A stretch of 64,000 nt of DNA from Candidatus Poribacteria bacterium (lineage in GTDB: Bacteria > Poribacteria > WGA-4E > PCPOR2b). The notes under the pieces were generated by a model. It worked only from the letters and a program-made list of their open reading frames with translations. It was not told where the DNA came from and made no database searches. The stretch is taken from assembly GCA_965218095.1 (NCBI GenBank), contig OZ244587.1:4448001-4512000 (forward strand). Direction: 5' to 3'. The first letter of the stretch is position 1, and every line of letters begins with the position of its first letter. The translations under genes and the position numbers were made by a program. Shown here piece by piece: positions 10,370 through 20,444 of the stretch.

Positions 10370-11626
10370 TCAATCTAATTCTCCAATTTCTTGGGATTTT
10401 GTCTTATCAAAAGGAGGCGGCGGTTTCTGGCCTCGATTTTGTTGAGCGCCGAGTTTGCCTTCCAAGATAACTCGCATTGCGAACCCCAACCCCAATAATC
10501 CGATAACGAGGTTTGGCAACCAGATTGCGAAGCCGGGCGGAAGGATACCCTGTTGTCCTGTATACCGTCCGATTTGTAGAAGCATGTAGTATACAAGAAC
10601 GAGCCCAAGTCCGATACCGAAGCCCACCATCTTACCGCTTCGCTTCACAACCAGTCCAAGTGGTACGCCAATTAGACCGAAGACAAAACAGGCAAAGGGA
10701 ATTGAAAACTTTTTGTGATATTCAACCTGCGCATATCGCAACCTATCTATCAGGTACGGTTTCGATTGCTTTCGGAACAAACTGTCTTTGAGCTCGCTGA
10801 TATGGGCTTTCAGTTTGGCCAGACGCATGTTTCGGGTGCTCTTAGATTCAAACTGTGTCCGTTCCAACGTCTCCGTAAAGTCAAGTGCGATTCGATCTTC
10901 TGCAAAAGCGGTCACCCGAAAACCGTTTGAACTACCGGAAACTGGTTCATAAATAATCCCATCATAAAGCGTCAGCCATGCCTGCCTGTCTTTAAATCCG
11001 ACAGTTGCCTCCTTCGCATCAACGAAGCGTGGCTGTCCCGGCCATATTGAATCCCACACCTTCACGTTTTGTAAACGTTCCGTGTCCGGGTCGGTTGATT
11101 CGTATAGCCAGAGTTTTCCCTCGCGCTCTAACTCTTTCATGACCACTCCCTCTTCAAGGACAAAGGCGGAGTGTCGCCTGCTAATGTCGTGCTTCAACGA
11201 AGCATAAGCTACGTTACCGCGGGGGAGTGCATAATCCATAAAAAAAAAGTCGAAAATGCTTAGTAAGCTAGAAACAAACAGCAAGGGTAAGAGAATCTGA
11301 TGGAAGCCAACGCCATGCGCTTTCATGGCAGTGATCTCATTATCCGTCGAGAATCTCCCAAGGGAGAGCAAAATCCCCACGAGCGTAGCCATCGGAATGG
11401 TTAGAACAAGCGTGGCTGGCAAAACATAGATTAGCAGTTCGATCAGATAATGGGGACTGACGCCTTTGCTTACGAACTGCTTGGTCAGCCTGAAGATTTC
11501 GTCAAGCAGCATGACGAAGGTGAAGCAGAATACTGCTAACAGGAAGGGAGGAAAGAACTCCTTGAGGGTGTATCTGGTTAATATTTTCAAGCGCGTATAA
11601 CTCCGGTTGCAGATGCCATGCATCAA
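10370..11626 (-). CDS. lptF: LPS export permease LptF
   Basis: GRFSTDNEITAMKAHGV, EYHKKFSIPFAC, WLPN. Confidence 0.85.
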   Translation of the reverse strand: MMHGICNRSYTRLKILTRYTLKEFFPPFLLAVFCFTFVMLLDEIFRLTKQFVSKGVSPHYLIELLIYVLPATLVLTIPMATLVGILLSLGRFSTDNEITAMKAHGVGFHQILLPLLFVSSLLSIFDFFFMDYALPRGNVAYASLKHDISRRHSAFVLEEGVVMKELEREGKLWLYESTDPDTERLQNVKVWDSIWPGQPRFVDAKEATVGFKDRQAWLTLYDGIIYEPVSGSSNGFRVTAFAEDRIALDFTETLERTQFESKSTRNMRLAKLKAHISELKDSLFRKQSKPYLIDRLRYAQVEYHKKFSIPFACFVFGLIGVPLGLVVKRSGKMVGFGIGLGLVLVYYMLLQIGRYTGQQGILPPGFAIWLPNLVIGLLGLGFAMRVILEGKLGAQQNRGQKPPPPFDKTKSQEIGELD

Positions 11627-11669
11627 AATTTAGTATATTTTACCCCACACAACTTCGTCTTAGCAAGAC

Positions 11670-11705
11670 ATTAGTTGTTGTTTGCGGATTAGTTGTTGTT
11701 TGCGG
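11670..11705. repeat. Perfect 18-bp tandem duplication
   Basis: attagttgttgtttgcgg occurs twice. Confidence 0.95.
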
Positions 11706-11943
11706 TATGAATCTTCAAATCGTCAGAAAAGGCGAAGGAAATACTTGACAAATTTGTTGAAATGTTTTATAGTGTATTCTCAACATCACAATATATCCTA
11801 TGAAAAAGTGAATGCCATACAATATCTTGTGTGAGGCAAATGGCATCATCAAGATTTTGTGTGTTTTCAACGAGATAACGCAATATATTGAAAAAGGTGT
11901 TGAAAGCAGGCTATAAGTCATCCCTTCCCTTCGAGGTCATTCA

Positions 11944-12987
11944 ATGCCAAGAGTAATATATTTAGTTATGGTATTATATTTCAGTCTTGGACTACTCACG
12001 TTCCGTTCCACTGTTGCCCAAATTGAACGCAGCCAGGTTGAACCGCACAAGCAGGATGAACAGCGCAGCCCGGCGCAAACTGGAGAATCTTCTCCGCCAA
12101 TAAAAGCGACCGTGTCATCTGAGCCGGAAGATTTATCCCGAATCGTACAGCAAATCGGCGGCAAAGTCAATCTCGGAACGACAGAAACCATTGATGGCAT
12201 TATCTTAGTCGTCGGAGACGCAAAGATTCAAGGGCATGTGAAGGGCGATATCTTTGTCTTGCGCGGAGATGTTGAAATCGGGGAAAGCGCACAGGTCATG
12301 GGAAAGGTAACGGTGGTTCTGGGGAAAATCATCGGTAAGGACTATCTGCTAGACGAGCCTGAGACCTCAACGCATCGCTATGAGGAGATTAACGGTTGGC
12401 GCCTTGTACCAGCGTCAACTAAATTAATGATGTATCCGCAAGAAGTGTGGGGAATGCCCAGGTTTGGTTTTGGTTGGGGAGTGTTGTTTGTTACCCTAGC
12501 GCTTACCCACATGCTGCTCGTGATTGTATTCCCACAACAGATGGAGGGTATGGCCCATACAATTTCTCACCGTCCAATTGGAAGCACTCTCCTTGGATTG
12601 ATTGTTATGATAATCGTTCCTTATTTGTCGATGTTGTTAATCCTGTCGATTGTGGGTATTCCGTTGATGCTGCTTTTTTTCTCTATTCTGCTGTCGATGG
12701 CAATTTATGGGAAAACGGCGATCTTTCTCTCCATCGGCACCACCATCAGATCTGCGAAGTCGCGTTCCTCTTCTCCACAACGATCCAGTATTATTTCTGT
12801 CATTGTTGGGTATTCAATATACAGTTTGGCGACCTGGATTCCTTACTTCCACATCAACCATCTAACCTTCATCATCGCAAGTGCCATTGGAATCGGCATT
12901 AGTCTCCGAACTTTGTTCGGTCAAAAACCGATTCGTCCCGACAGAGTCCATCGCCGGGAATATCAGCCCCCAAGGTATCGTCGATAA
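11944..12987 (+). CDS. Signal peptide, bactofilin-like beta-helix and multi-TM membrane domain protein
   Basis: GxV/I repeats (VGDAKIQGHVKGDIFVLRGDVEI) followed by 5-6 TM helices. Confidence 0.75.
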   Translation: MPRVIYLVMVLYFSLGLLTFRSTVAQIERSQVEPHKQDEQRSPAQTGESSPPIKATVSSEPEDLSRIVQQIGGKVNLGTTETIDGIILVVGDAKIQGHVKGDIFVLRGDVEIGESAQVMGKVTVVLGKIIGKDYLLDEPETSTHRYEEINGWRLVPASTKLMMYPQEVWGMPRFGFGWGVLFVTLALTHMLLVIVFPQQMEGMAHTISHRPIGSTLLGLIVMIIVPYLSMLLILSIVGIPLMLLFFSILLSMAIYGKTAIFLSIGTTIRSAKSRSSSPQRSSIISVIVGYSIYSLATWIPYFHINHLTFIIASAIGIGISLRTLFGQKPIRPDRVHRREYQPPRYRR

Positions 12988-12993
12988 TGGGCC

Positions 12994-13160
12994 TCATGGG
13001 TCAAGAAAAGTGTAAAGTATAAATGAGATGAGATTGGTGAATGTTTCGGGCAAGTTGATCGTATCATGTTTGTTGACCGGTTTGACGGTTATCGGTCCAA
13101 TGACGAATCCATGATTGTCGGTGATGGTGAGCTCTTTTTCACCTTTGTAGACATTCGACC
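12994..13160 (-). pseudogene. Probable transposase fragment (IS5-like)
   Basis: YKGEKELTITDNHGFVIGPITVKPVNKHD resembles a DDE core segment; no element ends seen. Confidence 0.45.
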
Positions 13161-13376
13161 AGTGGAGTTGATTGCGTCGTGTTCCACACTCCTTTGATAA
13201 AATGAATGGGTATCCGAAGCGGAAATTTTGGGACATAAATTATCTCCCTTCCTTTCTCTATTTTACCACATCTTTATGTTTTACTCAATATGACTTCAGG
13301 GGGAAGGGGAAAGTATAACAACCCTGTCCTGAGCTTGTCGAAGGAATGAATTCGGGGGCTTTTCTTCATCAGTGAG

Positions 13377-14417
13377 TTGACTGGTTCATTGGTTTTCGCC
13401 AGTTGGGCATCACTTTTCATGTCTCGAGGTGTGATCTTGCGCTTGAGTCATCCTGGATTTCTCGTCTTACTCCTCTTTTTGCCCTTCGTCGTTTGGCATC
13501 TGCGTCAGCAAAAAATCGCTTGTGTTCGCTTTTCGGACCTCAGTATCAGCCGTCAGATTGCCCCGAGCTTTTGGACAAGATGTTTTCCCGTCTTGAGTTT
13601 TGTGCGATTTCTCGTTATTGCCCTGATGCTCTTCGCACTTGCACGCCCACAGTCGTCTCAAAGTCGCGAACAGATTACCTCTGAAGGCATTGATATTCTG
13701 CTAATCCTCGATATTTCCGGAAGCATGCGTGCGGAAGATTTCAAGCCCAATAACCGCTTGCAGGCAGCCAAAGCGGTCATCCGCGATTTTTTAAGGGATC
13801 GGAAGAACGACCGAATCGGGTTGGTTGTTTTCGCCGGCGAGAGTTTCACGCAATGTCCGCTCACATTGGATTATGATGTCCTCGCCGATCTACTGCGCGA
13901 TGTTGAGATTGGCATGCTTGAAGATGGCACCGCAATCGGGGATGCCCTTGCGAATGCCACGAACCGGCTGCGTCATTCGACAACCAAGAGCAAAATCGCA
14001 ATCTTACTCACGGATGGAGAGAACAACGCGGGAAATATCGATCCGCTAACCACCGCACAAGCTGCCAGAGCGCTCGATATTAAGGTGTATACCATCGGTA
14101 TGGGAAAGGAAGGTGGCGCGCCTATTCCATATCATGACCCCATTTTTGGCAAGCAGTATAGCCATATTCGGACTTATGTTGATGAAGAAACGCTCAAACA
14201 GATTGCGGAAATTACGGACGGACTTTATTTTCGAGCCACCGATAAGCAAAAACTCGCTGAAATCTATAAGGAAATCAACCGGCTTGAAACCACAAAGATC
14301 GAGGCCACGGAGTATATCCGTTATAAAGAGCTTGTGGCATATCTGCTATTCCCTGCGACGCTGCTGTTGATGCTGGAGATTGTCTTGTCGAATACGCGCC
14401 TGCGAAAAATCCCGTGA
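13377..14417 (+). CDS. vWA domain protein (BatA-like)
   Basis: ALARPQ, MIDAS DISGSM, GTAIGDAL, LLTDGENN, C-terminal TM helix. Confidence 0.93.
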   Translation: MTGSLVFASWASLFMSRGVILRLSHPGFLVLLLFLPFVVWHLRQQKIACVRFSDLSISRQIAPSFWTRCFPVLSFVRFLVIALMLFALARPQSSQSREQITSEGIDILLILDISGSMRAEDFKPNNRLQAAKAVIRDFLRDRKNDRIGLVVFAGESFTQCPLTLDYDVLADLLRDVEIGMLEDGTAIGDALANATNRLRHSTTKSKIAILLTDGENNAGNIDPLTTAQAARALDIKVYTIGMGKEGGAPIPYHDPIFGKQYSHIRTYVDEETLKQIAEITDGLYFRATDKQKLAEIYKEINRLETTKIEATEYIRYKELVAYLLFPATLLLMLEIVLSNTRLRKIP

Positions 14418-14485
14418 ACGTGGTTGCGTATTGTCATACTCGTAGTGACGAATCTCGTTGTACTCCGCAACTTGTGAGGCGAACA

Positions 14486-15886
14486 ATGACGGAGAAAAGT
14501 GAAATCCCATTCGGTGCCCAATTCAGTCCCAACCAGGTAAACTTACCCAAGCTGTTTCAAGTCATCCATAAAAACGCAGGGGATAGGAACAAAATTACCG
14601 AAACAATCCGTGATGAATTTTTTGCAACCCATGCGCAGAATCAACGCTGGAAGTTGGCTGAAAACACCGTACTATCCTTGAGAACTTACGAATTGTTAGA
14701 AGAGGATCGCGCGCCCCCGACTACATTGGCGAATGACCTGTCCGCAATTGCTAACACTCCAGATGCACTGTATGAGCAATTCGCCAAGCATATCCTTATT
14801 AATCTGAGAGGTCTCACGTTTGTTGAAACTCTGTCGATGATGCAAGCGGCTGGCGAGGAAATCAACCTCCACACCCTGAGCAAGTGCCTTGAGCAACGAG
14901 GGCTGCATGTTCCACGCGGTGCGGTACACATCAGCAGTATGCGTTTGTGGCTTGCTCAAGCGGGCATCTTCGACGCAAGCATCAAGGGTGGCCCAAGATT
15001 GTATGAAATCAACCAGATGCGTCTGAAAGAATTACTTGGTATTGGACTGGATGCGATCGACAGTTTGACCCAACTTAACACCGCACAACGCGCTTTCTTG
15101 CGGGCGCTTACACGCATTGTTGAATCAGATCCGTTCATTGCCAACAAGGTGGCAGATTTAGCAAGTACACTTTATTCAGTAGAGTATAACCACAAGGAGC
15201 TCCCAAAGTCCATCTTGTTTCCTTTACAAGAGCTTGGGTATATACAGTTGACAAAATCAACCACAGGACGAGGCGCAAAACCTTATGAAGTTTCACGAAC
15301 TATTAAGTTTCATCAGGAGATTTCTGAGTCGATTCTTGCTTCGGTAGCTGAGAAGACTGGACTGGTTCCCAAAGAAATATTCGAACAACCGCTGTCGCAG
15401 ATACTCATTGACCTCAGGTCGAATGACAAGCATGTTAAAGGTAAGGCGCTTGAACTTTTGGCAATTTACTTTGCTCGCTTGATTGACCTCGATTTCAAAG
15501 GCTGGCGCATACGAAGCGCGGACACAGGTGGGGCTGAAGTGGATGTAATTGTCGAAGGAGCGAGGTTGATCTTTAGCCGATGGCAGATTCAAGCTAAGAA
15601 CACAAAAATAGTTCGACTGGACGACGTTGCTAAGGAAGTCGGCCTGTCAATCACGTTTATCTATTCCAACGTCGTAATGCTTGTAACGACTGGTGATTTT
15701 ACAAAGGATGCATACGATTACGCACATCATGTGATGAAGACTTGTAACCTCAACGTGATTCTATTGAATGGCACCGAACTTGAGTACATCAGCTGGGATG
15801 CGACAAACATTGTAAGTGTCCTGAACAGGAAAGCTGAACAGGCAATGGCACTCAAAGAACGCACAGACTACTTCGCAGCTCAGTAG
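14486..15886 (+). CDS. Putative restriction endonuclease with C-terminal Mrr-like PD-QxK domain
   Basis: KGKALE...GGAEVDVIVEG...WQIQAKN; adjacent to an MTase. Confidence 0.8.
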   Translation: MTEKSEIPFGAQFSPNQVNLPKLFQVIHKNAGDRNKITETIRDEFFATHAQNQRWKLAENTVLSLRTYELLEEDRAPPTTLANDLSAIANTPDALYEQFAKHILINLRGLTFVETLSMMQAAGEEINLHTLSKCLEQRGLHVPRGAVHISSMRLWLAQAGIFDASIKGGPRLYEINQMRLKELLGIGLDAIDSLTQLNTAQRAFLRALTRIVESDPFIANKVADLASTLYSVEYNHKELPKSILFPLQELGYIQLTKSTTGRGAKPYEVSRTIKFHQEISESILASVAEKTGLVPKEIFEQPLSQILIDLRSNDKHVKGKALELLAIYFARLIDLDFKGWRIRSADTGGAEVDVIVEGARLIFSRWQIQAKNTKIVRLDDVAKEVGLSITFIYSNVVMLVTTGDFTKDAYDYAHHVMKTCNLNVILLNGTELEYISWDATNIVSVLNRKAEQAMALKERTDYFAAQ

Positions 15887-15902
15887 TTATAAGGATGTAT
15901 TT

Positions 15903-16832
15903 ATGACTCAAATTCATTTTAACGAAGAACCGTTTTATACGACTCAACACGGCGCAGCCTACCTGGGGGATGCACTCACTTACTTGCGCCAGATGGCGTG
16001 TGAGTCAGTTGACCTGATTGTGACTTCGCCTCCCTTTGCACTAAAGCGTAAGAAGGAATATGGTAACGTAGACGCCAAAGACTACTTATCGTGGTTCATG
16101 GATTTCGCGATTGAGTTCAAGCGGATTCTGAAGAACGAAGGCAGTCTGGTTATTGACATCGGTGGTACATGGGCCAAAGGGCAGCCTACCCGTTCGCTAT
16201 ACCACTTTGAATTGCTAATTTCTTTGTGTAGGACATTGGAATTTCATCTCGCCCAAGAGTTTTATTGGTATAACCCGTCCAAGCTGCCTTCACCCGCCGA
16301 ATGGGTAACGGTACGACGGATACGTGTCAAGGATGCAGTTGACCCAATCTGGTGGCTGTCAAAAAGAGCGAATCCTAAAGCAAGCAACCGGCAAGTGTTG
16401 AAACCTTACAGTGATTCGATGAAGAGGTTGCTGAAGGAGGGCTACAAAGCAAAATTGCGACCTTCAGGACACGACATCTCCGGGAATTTTTCAAAGGATA
16501 ACCGGGGTGCGATTCCGCCCAACCTGCTAAGTTTAGCAAACACCGACTCTAACGGTGTCTACCTTCGCCAATGCCGCCAACGTGATATCAAGCCCCATCC
16601 GGCACGATTTCCTCATGGGCTGCCCGAATTTTTTATAAAGTTCCTTACCGATCCGGATGATTTGGTGGTCGATCCTTTTGCCGGAAGCAACGTTACTGGC
16701 GAAGTTGCCGAACAGCTCTCACGACGCTGGTTGGTGTTTGAGTTAGTCGAAGAATATCTTGAAGCATCCAAATTTCGTTTCCCTAGCTTATGCGGGCAAT
16801 TATATCTCTTCGATGAGCAAAAAAATCTTTGA
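15903..16832 (+). CDS. DNA methyltransferase, beta class (N4C/N6A; M.PvuII-like)
   Basis: TSPPFAL, HPARFP, DPFAGS. Confidence 0.95.
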   Translation: MTQIHFNEEPFYTTQHGAAYLGDALTYLRQMACESVDLIVTSPPFALKRKKEYGNVDAKDYLSWFMDFAIEFKRILKNEGSLVIDIGGTWAKGQPTRSLYHFELLISLCRTLEFHLAQEFYWYNPSKLPSPAEWVTVRRIRVKDAVDPIWWLSKRANPKASNRQVLKPYSDSMKRLLKEGYKAKLRPSGHDISGNFSKDNRGAIPPNLLSLANTDSNGVYLRQCRQRDIKPHPARFPHGLPEFFIKFLTDPDDLVVDPFAGSNVTGEVAEQLSRRWLVFELVEEYLEASKFRFPSLCGQLYLFDEQKNL

Positions 16833-16848
16833 ATAGGTTGTACGCAAT

Positions 16849-17841
16849 ATGGAAATCTACCGCTGGAAAGAGAAGGGATTCCGACAACTCGATCCATTGC
16901 GTTTTGGAGAAGAGCGCGACTTTGAGGACCTGTTAGAACAGGATCCGGCACTGCTCCTTGGAAATGAGCGCACTTGTGTAATCAGCCGACAAGCTCCCAT
17001 TGGGAGATCACAGAAGGTGGATCTCCTCGCACTGGATCAGCACGGAAACTGTATCGTTATTGAACTCAAGCGGGGAAAGCCGTCTCGCACGACAATTGCG
17101 CAAATTCTGGAATACGCCGCAGCCGTTGCCAAACTTTCCTTTGCTGACCTTGAGCTTTTGACCCAACGCTGGTTTCGGCAGCAAGGCCGCGAGTTTACCT
17201 CCCTGCTGACGTTGCACAGCGCGTTCTTTGGATATGAATTGGGTGGCATGCAAGCGTCCACCTTCAATCGTAAGCAGCGGCTGGTTCTTGTCTCCGAGGG
17301 AGTTGATGTACGTGTCCTTGATATCGCGGAATATCTGCGACGTATCGGTGTGGATCTGACCTATATCTCTTACTTTTCCTACCAGGCCCCCGATGAAATT
17401 CTGGTTGCCACAAAGACCATGCTCGGTACGCCTGTCATCAAGGAATCGCGTGCCAGATACCAGTACAGCGCCAGGGAGTTTATGACACTCGAGGGGTACC
17501 TTGCCACACTCACCAAAAATGAAGAACTTCACAGGGTTGCCCAGCAATTCTTTGATTACGTGGAGGTGTGTGGCGCGATTATTCGCCCGCGGGTTGCTCT
17601 CATTCGTATGACAATTGGTGGAAAATGGTGGCTGGATTCGTATCCATCCAAGCGGGCAACTCATTGCCGAATCAATGTACATGGGGATTTCACCCCGATG
17701 TACATCGCAGAATGTCGCGCAAATCTACCTGATGTAACATCGAAGAAATTCGGTGTCTCGTTTAATATCGCCTCCCAAGCTCATCTGAAATATGCAATTG
17801 AGATCTTTGAACGCGTACGACATACGATCTTGGAAAGCTAA
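16849..17841 (+). CDS. NucS/DUF91-like PD-(D/E)XK endonuclease
   Basis: ERDFED...VDLLALD...VIELKRG...AQILEY. Confidence 0.8.
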   Translation: MEIYRWKEKGFRQLDPLRFGEERDFEDLLEQDPALLLGNERTCVISRQAPIGRSQKVDLLALDQHGNCIVIELKRGKPSRTTIAQILEYAAAVAKLSFADLELLTQRWFRQQGREFTSLLTLHSAFFGYELGGMQASTFNRKQRLVLVSEGVDVRVLDIAEYLRRIGVDLTYISYFSYQAPDEILVATKTMLGTPVIKESRARYQYSAREFMTLEGYLATLTKNEELHRVAQQFFDYVEVCGAIIRPRVALIRMTIGGKWWLDSYPSKRATHCRINVHGDFTPMYIAECRANLPDVTSKKFGVSFNIASQAHLKYAIEIFERVRHTILES

Positions 17842-18034
17842 TATCAATTCAGCTTTGCAGTCAAATCCGCTGCCGAACCCTCCGAAGGTTTCTCATGGGG
17901 AATTTCTAGATTGATTTCAAATCAATCCCTGACTATTGCACCGGTTTTCCGTTAGCCGTCGAGCGCATCCTGGAGCTGACACACGCTCACCCTTTCTTCG
18001 TACAAATCTTCTGCTACGAACTGGTCAATTAGAT

Positions 18035-19143
18035 GAGGGGTGTGCATAAATATAGTTGACATAATCAAGCCAAAAGGGTTTCCTATTGTTATCATAGCAA
18101 AAGGAGCCCCAATATGGTACAAAGACCAATGTTGGCTGATTATGTCACTCTTATTATGCAACTCTTTGAGCAGTTTATGCAACACCGTATTGACAAACCA
18201 GGTGTCACACACGCAAAACCATTGACATATTCAACCACCTCGTTTATCATTTTCTTCATGTTGATGCAGTTTCACGGCATCTATGGCTTCAAAACGCAAT
18301 GGCGGTGGCTAATCAATCACCCAGAAGTGTTACAAATGCTGGGGTGGCAACAGCCCCCTCATCGAACCACGATTGCACGTCGCTATAAGGCATTATATGA
18401 AGTGATAGAGGCATTTGTATTGTTTATCGGTCAGTATGCCACTGACTTGTCCCAACAATTCAACTTGGCTCATCTGGTAGCCGACAAAAGTTTATTTAAG
18501 GCACGAGGACCCGTCTGGCATCAAACTGACCGCAAAGCAGGAAAAGTACCTAAACATCTACGCAACCTCGACACCGATGCCACGTGGAGCAAGAGTGGTT
18601 ATCATGGCTGGGTCTATGGCTACGGACTTCACATTATCTGCACACAAGGTGCGTTCCCAACACTGATAACTGTGCACCGTGCGTCGGTCTCCGAAAGTTG
18701 GGCGATAGATGCTAAAGCGTCTGAGATTCTGACACAACTTTCACCGCAGACACTCACTGCCGATGATGCCTATACCCAAGCAGACCGTATCCGTCGTTGG
18801 GCGAAGGCACAAGTCGCTTTGATTACCCCGGCACTTAGATGGACAAAGGGACGGTTTGCCAAGGCGTATCATCGATTTATCAACCAACCCAAGCAGCGTC
18901 TCTGTTTAAGCAAACGTCGCAGTTCGGTTGAACCGTTGTTTGACTTGATTGCTAAAGTGATAGGCACCACTCCTCAACAGAAGCAGTTACCGGTCAAGGG
19001 GTTTTTCAATGTACGCTGTTGTTTAGCTATCGGGGTGTTATCAGTGCAAGTGGCTATGATTGCCAATGCCATATGGAAGTTACCTGCTCGCAATATCTCT
19101 CATATGGCGGCTGTTTTCCAATGAACTACTATGCACACCCCTC
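18035..19143 (+). mobile_element. IS with DDE transposase, copy B (near-identical to copy A)
   Basis: Same TIRs; protein differs by one residue (KAPK vs KVPK); no clean TSD. Confidence 0.95.
18114..19124 (+). CDS. DDE transposase
   Basis: Same as 6299-7309. Confidence 0.9.
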   Translation: MVQRPMLADYVTLIMQLFEQFMQHRIDKPGVTHAKPLTYSTTSFIIFFMLMQFHGIYGFKTQWRWLINHPEVLQMLGWQQPPHRTTIARRYKALYEVIEAFVLFIGQYATDLSQQFNLAHLVADKSLFKARGPVWHQTDRKAGKVPKHLRNLDTDATWSKSGYHGWVYGYGLHIICTQGAFPTLITVHRASVSESWAIDAKASEILTQLSPQTLTADDAYTQADRIRRWAKAQVALITPALRWTKGRFAKAYHRFINQPKQRLCLSKRRSSVEPLFDLIAKVIGTTPQQKQLPVKGFFNVRCCLAIGVLSVQVAMIANAIWKLPARNISHMAAVFQ

Positions 19144-19211
19144 ATCTAAATCATCGAAAGGAGCGCAATTACGCAACCTGAAACGATATCGATGCGATTA
19201 CAGAAAAATTA

Positions 19212-20062
19212 GGTTCTGTTGACATTTCAAGGGAGCCATATAAGAGTGGAGACAAAGCTGAGAAATCCAAAATAACGGACAGCTAGCTTCTCAAACCGAG
19301 AGAAGATACGACGATACCATTTTATCTTGTTGATGAAACATTCAACCCGATGTCTCTCTTTGTATTAAGTGTTTGTCATACGTTCTTTGGTCAACACGAT
19401 GACTTTTGGGCAGTATCACCGCAATCGCTCCATTCGCCTCAATAACCGCGATAAAAGCGTCCGAATCGTACCCCTTGTCTCCAATCACATATTCACTGTT
19501 ATATCCGATTATCAACCCTTCCGCCTCAGTTATGTCATGTCTCTGACCGGGGGTCAGATGAATTCTTAGGGGATTGCCTAGTCCGTCAACTGTGATGTGA
19601 ATTTTTGTACTGAAACCGCCCCGAGACCGACCTAATGCTTGGTTTTCAGTGCCACCCTTTTTTTTAAGGCGCCAGCTTTTTAAGGCGCCCGCCGCAGACG
19701 GGTGAGCGCGGCAGATGGTACTGTCCACAATAAGCGACTCGATATCGGGGTCAGAGGCGAAGTGGGGGTGCATCTGTGTGAAGATACCTTTGTCGCACCA
19801 TCAAGCAAACCGCTTGTAGCGGGTGTTCGATTTGCCATATTCGATTTGCCATAGGTGTCTGGTAGAAGTCTCCATTGAGCCCTGCTACGAGTCACCCAGA
19901 GAACCGCTTCGACGAAGCGGCGTGTAGCAGCTTCGTCGCCAACATAGATGGTGGGACAGCTTAGAAGAAACCGGTATATCTTATTCCATTGTTCATCAGG
20001 TAAGGTTATTGGCGTCATTCTTCTATTATGCCACAACCTTATACTCAAATGTCAACAGAACC
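19212..20062 (-). mobile_element. IS5 family copy 2, transposase pseudogene
   Basis: Same TIRs and TA TSD; 14-bp duplication ttcgatttgccata near 19826-19853 and an extra base near 19365 break the frame. Confidence 0.93.
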
Positions 20063-20444
20063 TAGTCCGGGAAGGCAATCCACAGTTCAACCTGTTATGG
20101 AAGGCAATTCCCTCCGACGAACACACGACCTTGAGTGCCATCGCAGAAGGGGTTGATGTAACCGGGCAGACATCGCTGGATTTCACAACGATCGAAACAC
20201 TATTGCGAAATGCCGGTGTGTCGATTCCACGTTCAAAACTCGTGGAGCATACGGAGTCCCTTGTTCAACAAAAGATTTTGGGATTGACAGAAGTCTTCCA
20301 TGTCTACTACCAACTCGAATTGTTCCGTCTCTGGGTCAGTCACAGATACCCCTTGCGCCACGTTGATGGCGAGGATGATTGATATTTCTCCATGAAGCGC
20401 ATAGGATTCATTGAACGCATGCATTGAGACCTTTGCCCCCAATA

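Larger units (their letters stand above)
17945..20382 (+). pseudogene. C-terminal remnant of a STAND/AAA-type ATPase split by two IS elements
   Basis: Rejoining the flanks gives AVERILELTHAHPFFVQIFCYELVN-YLNHRKERNYAT*NDIDAITEKL-VREGNPQFNLLW...ELFRLWV. Confidence 0.65.
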
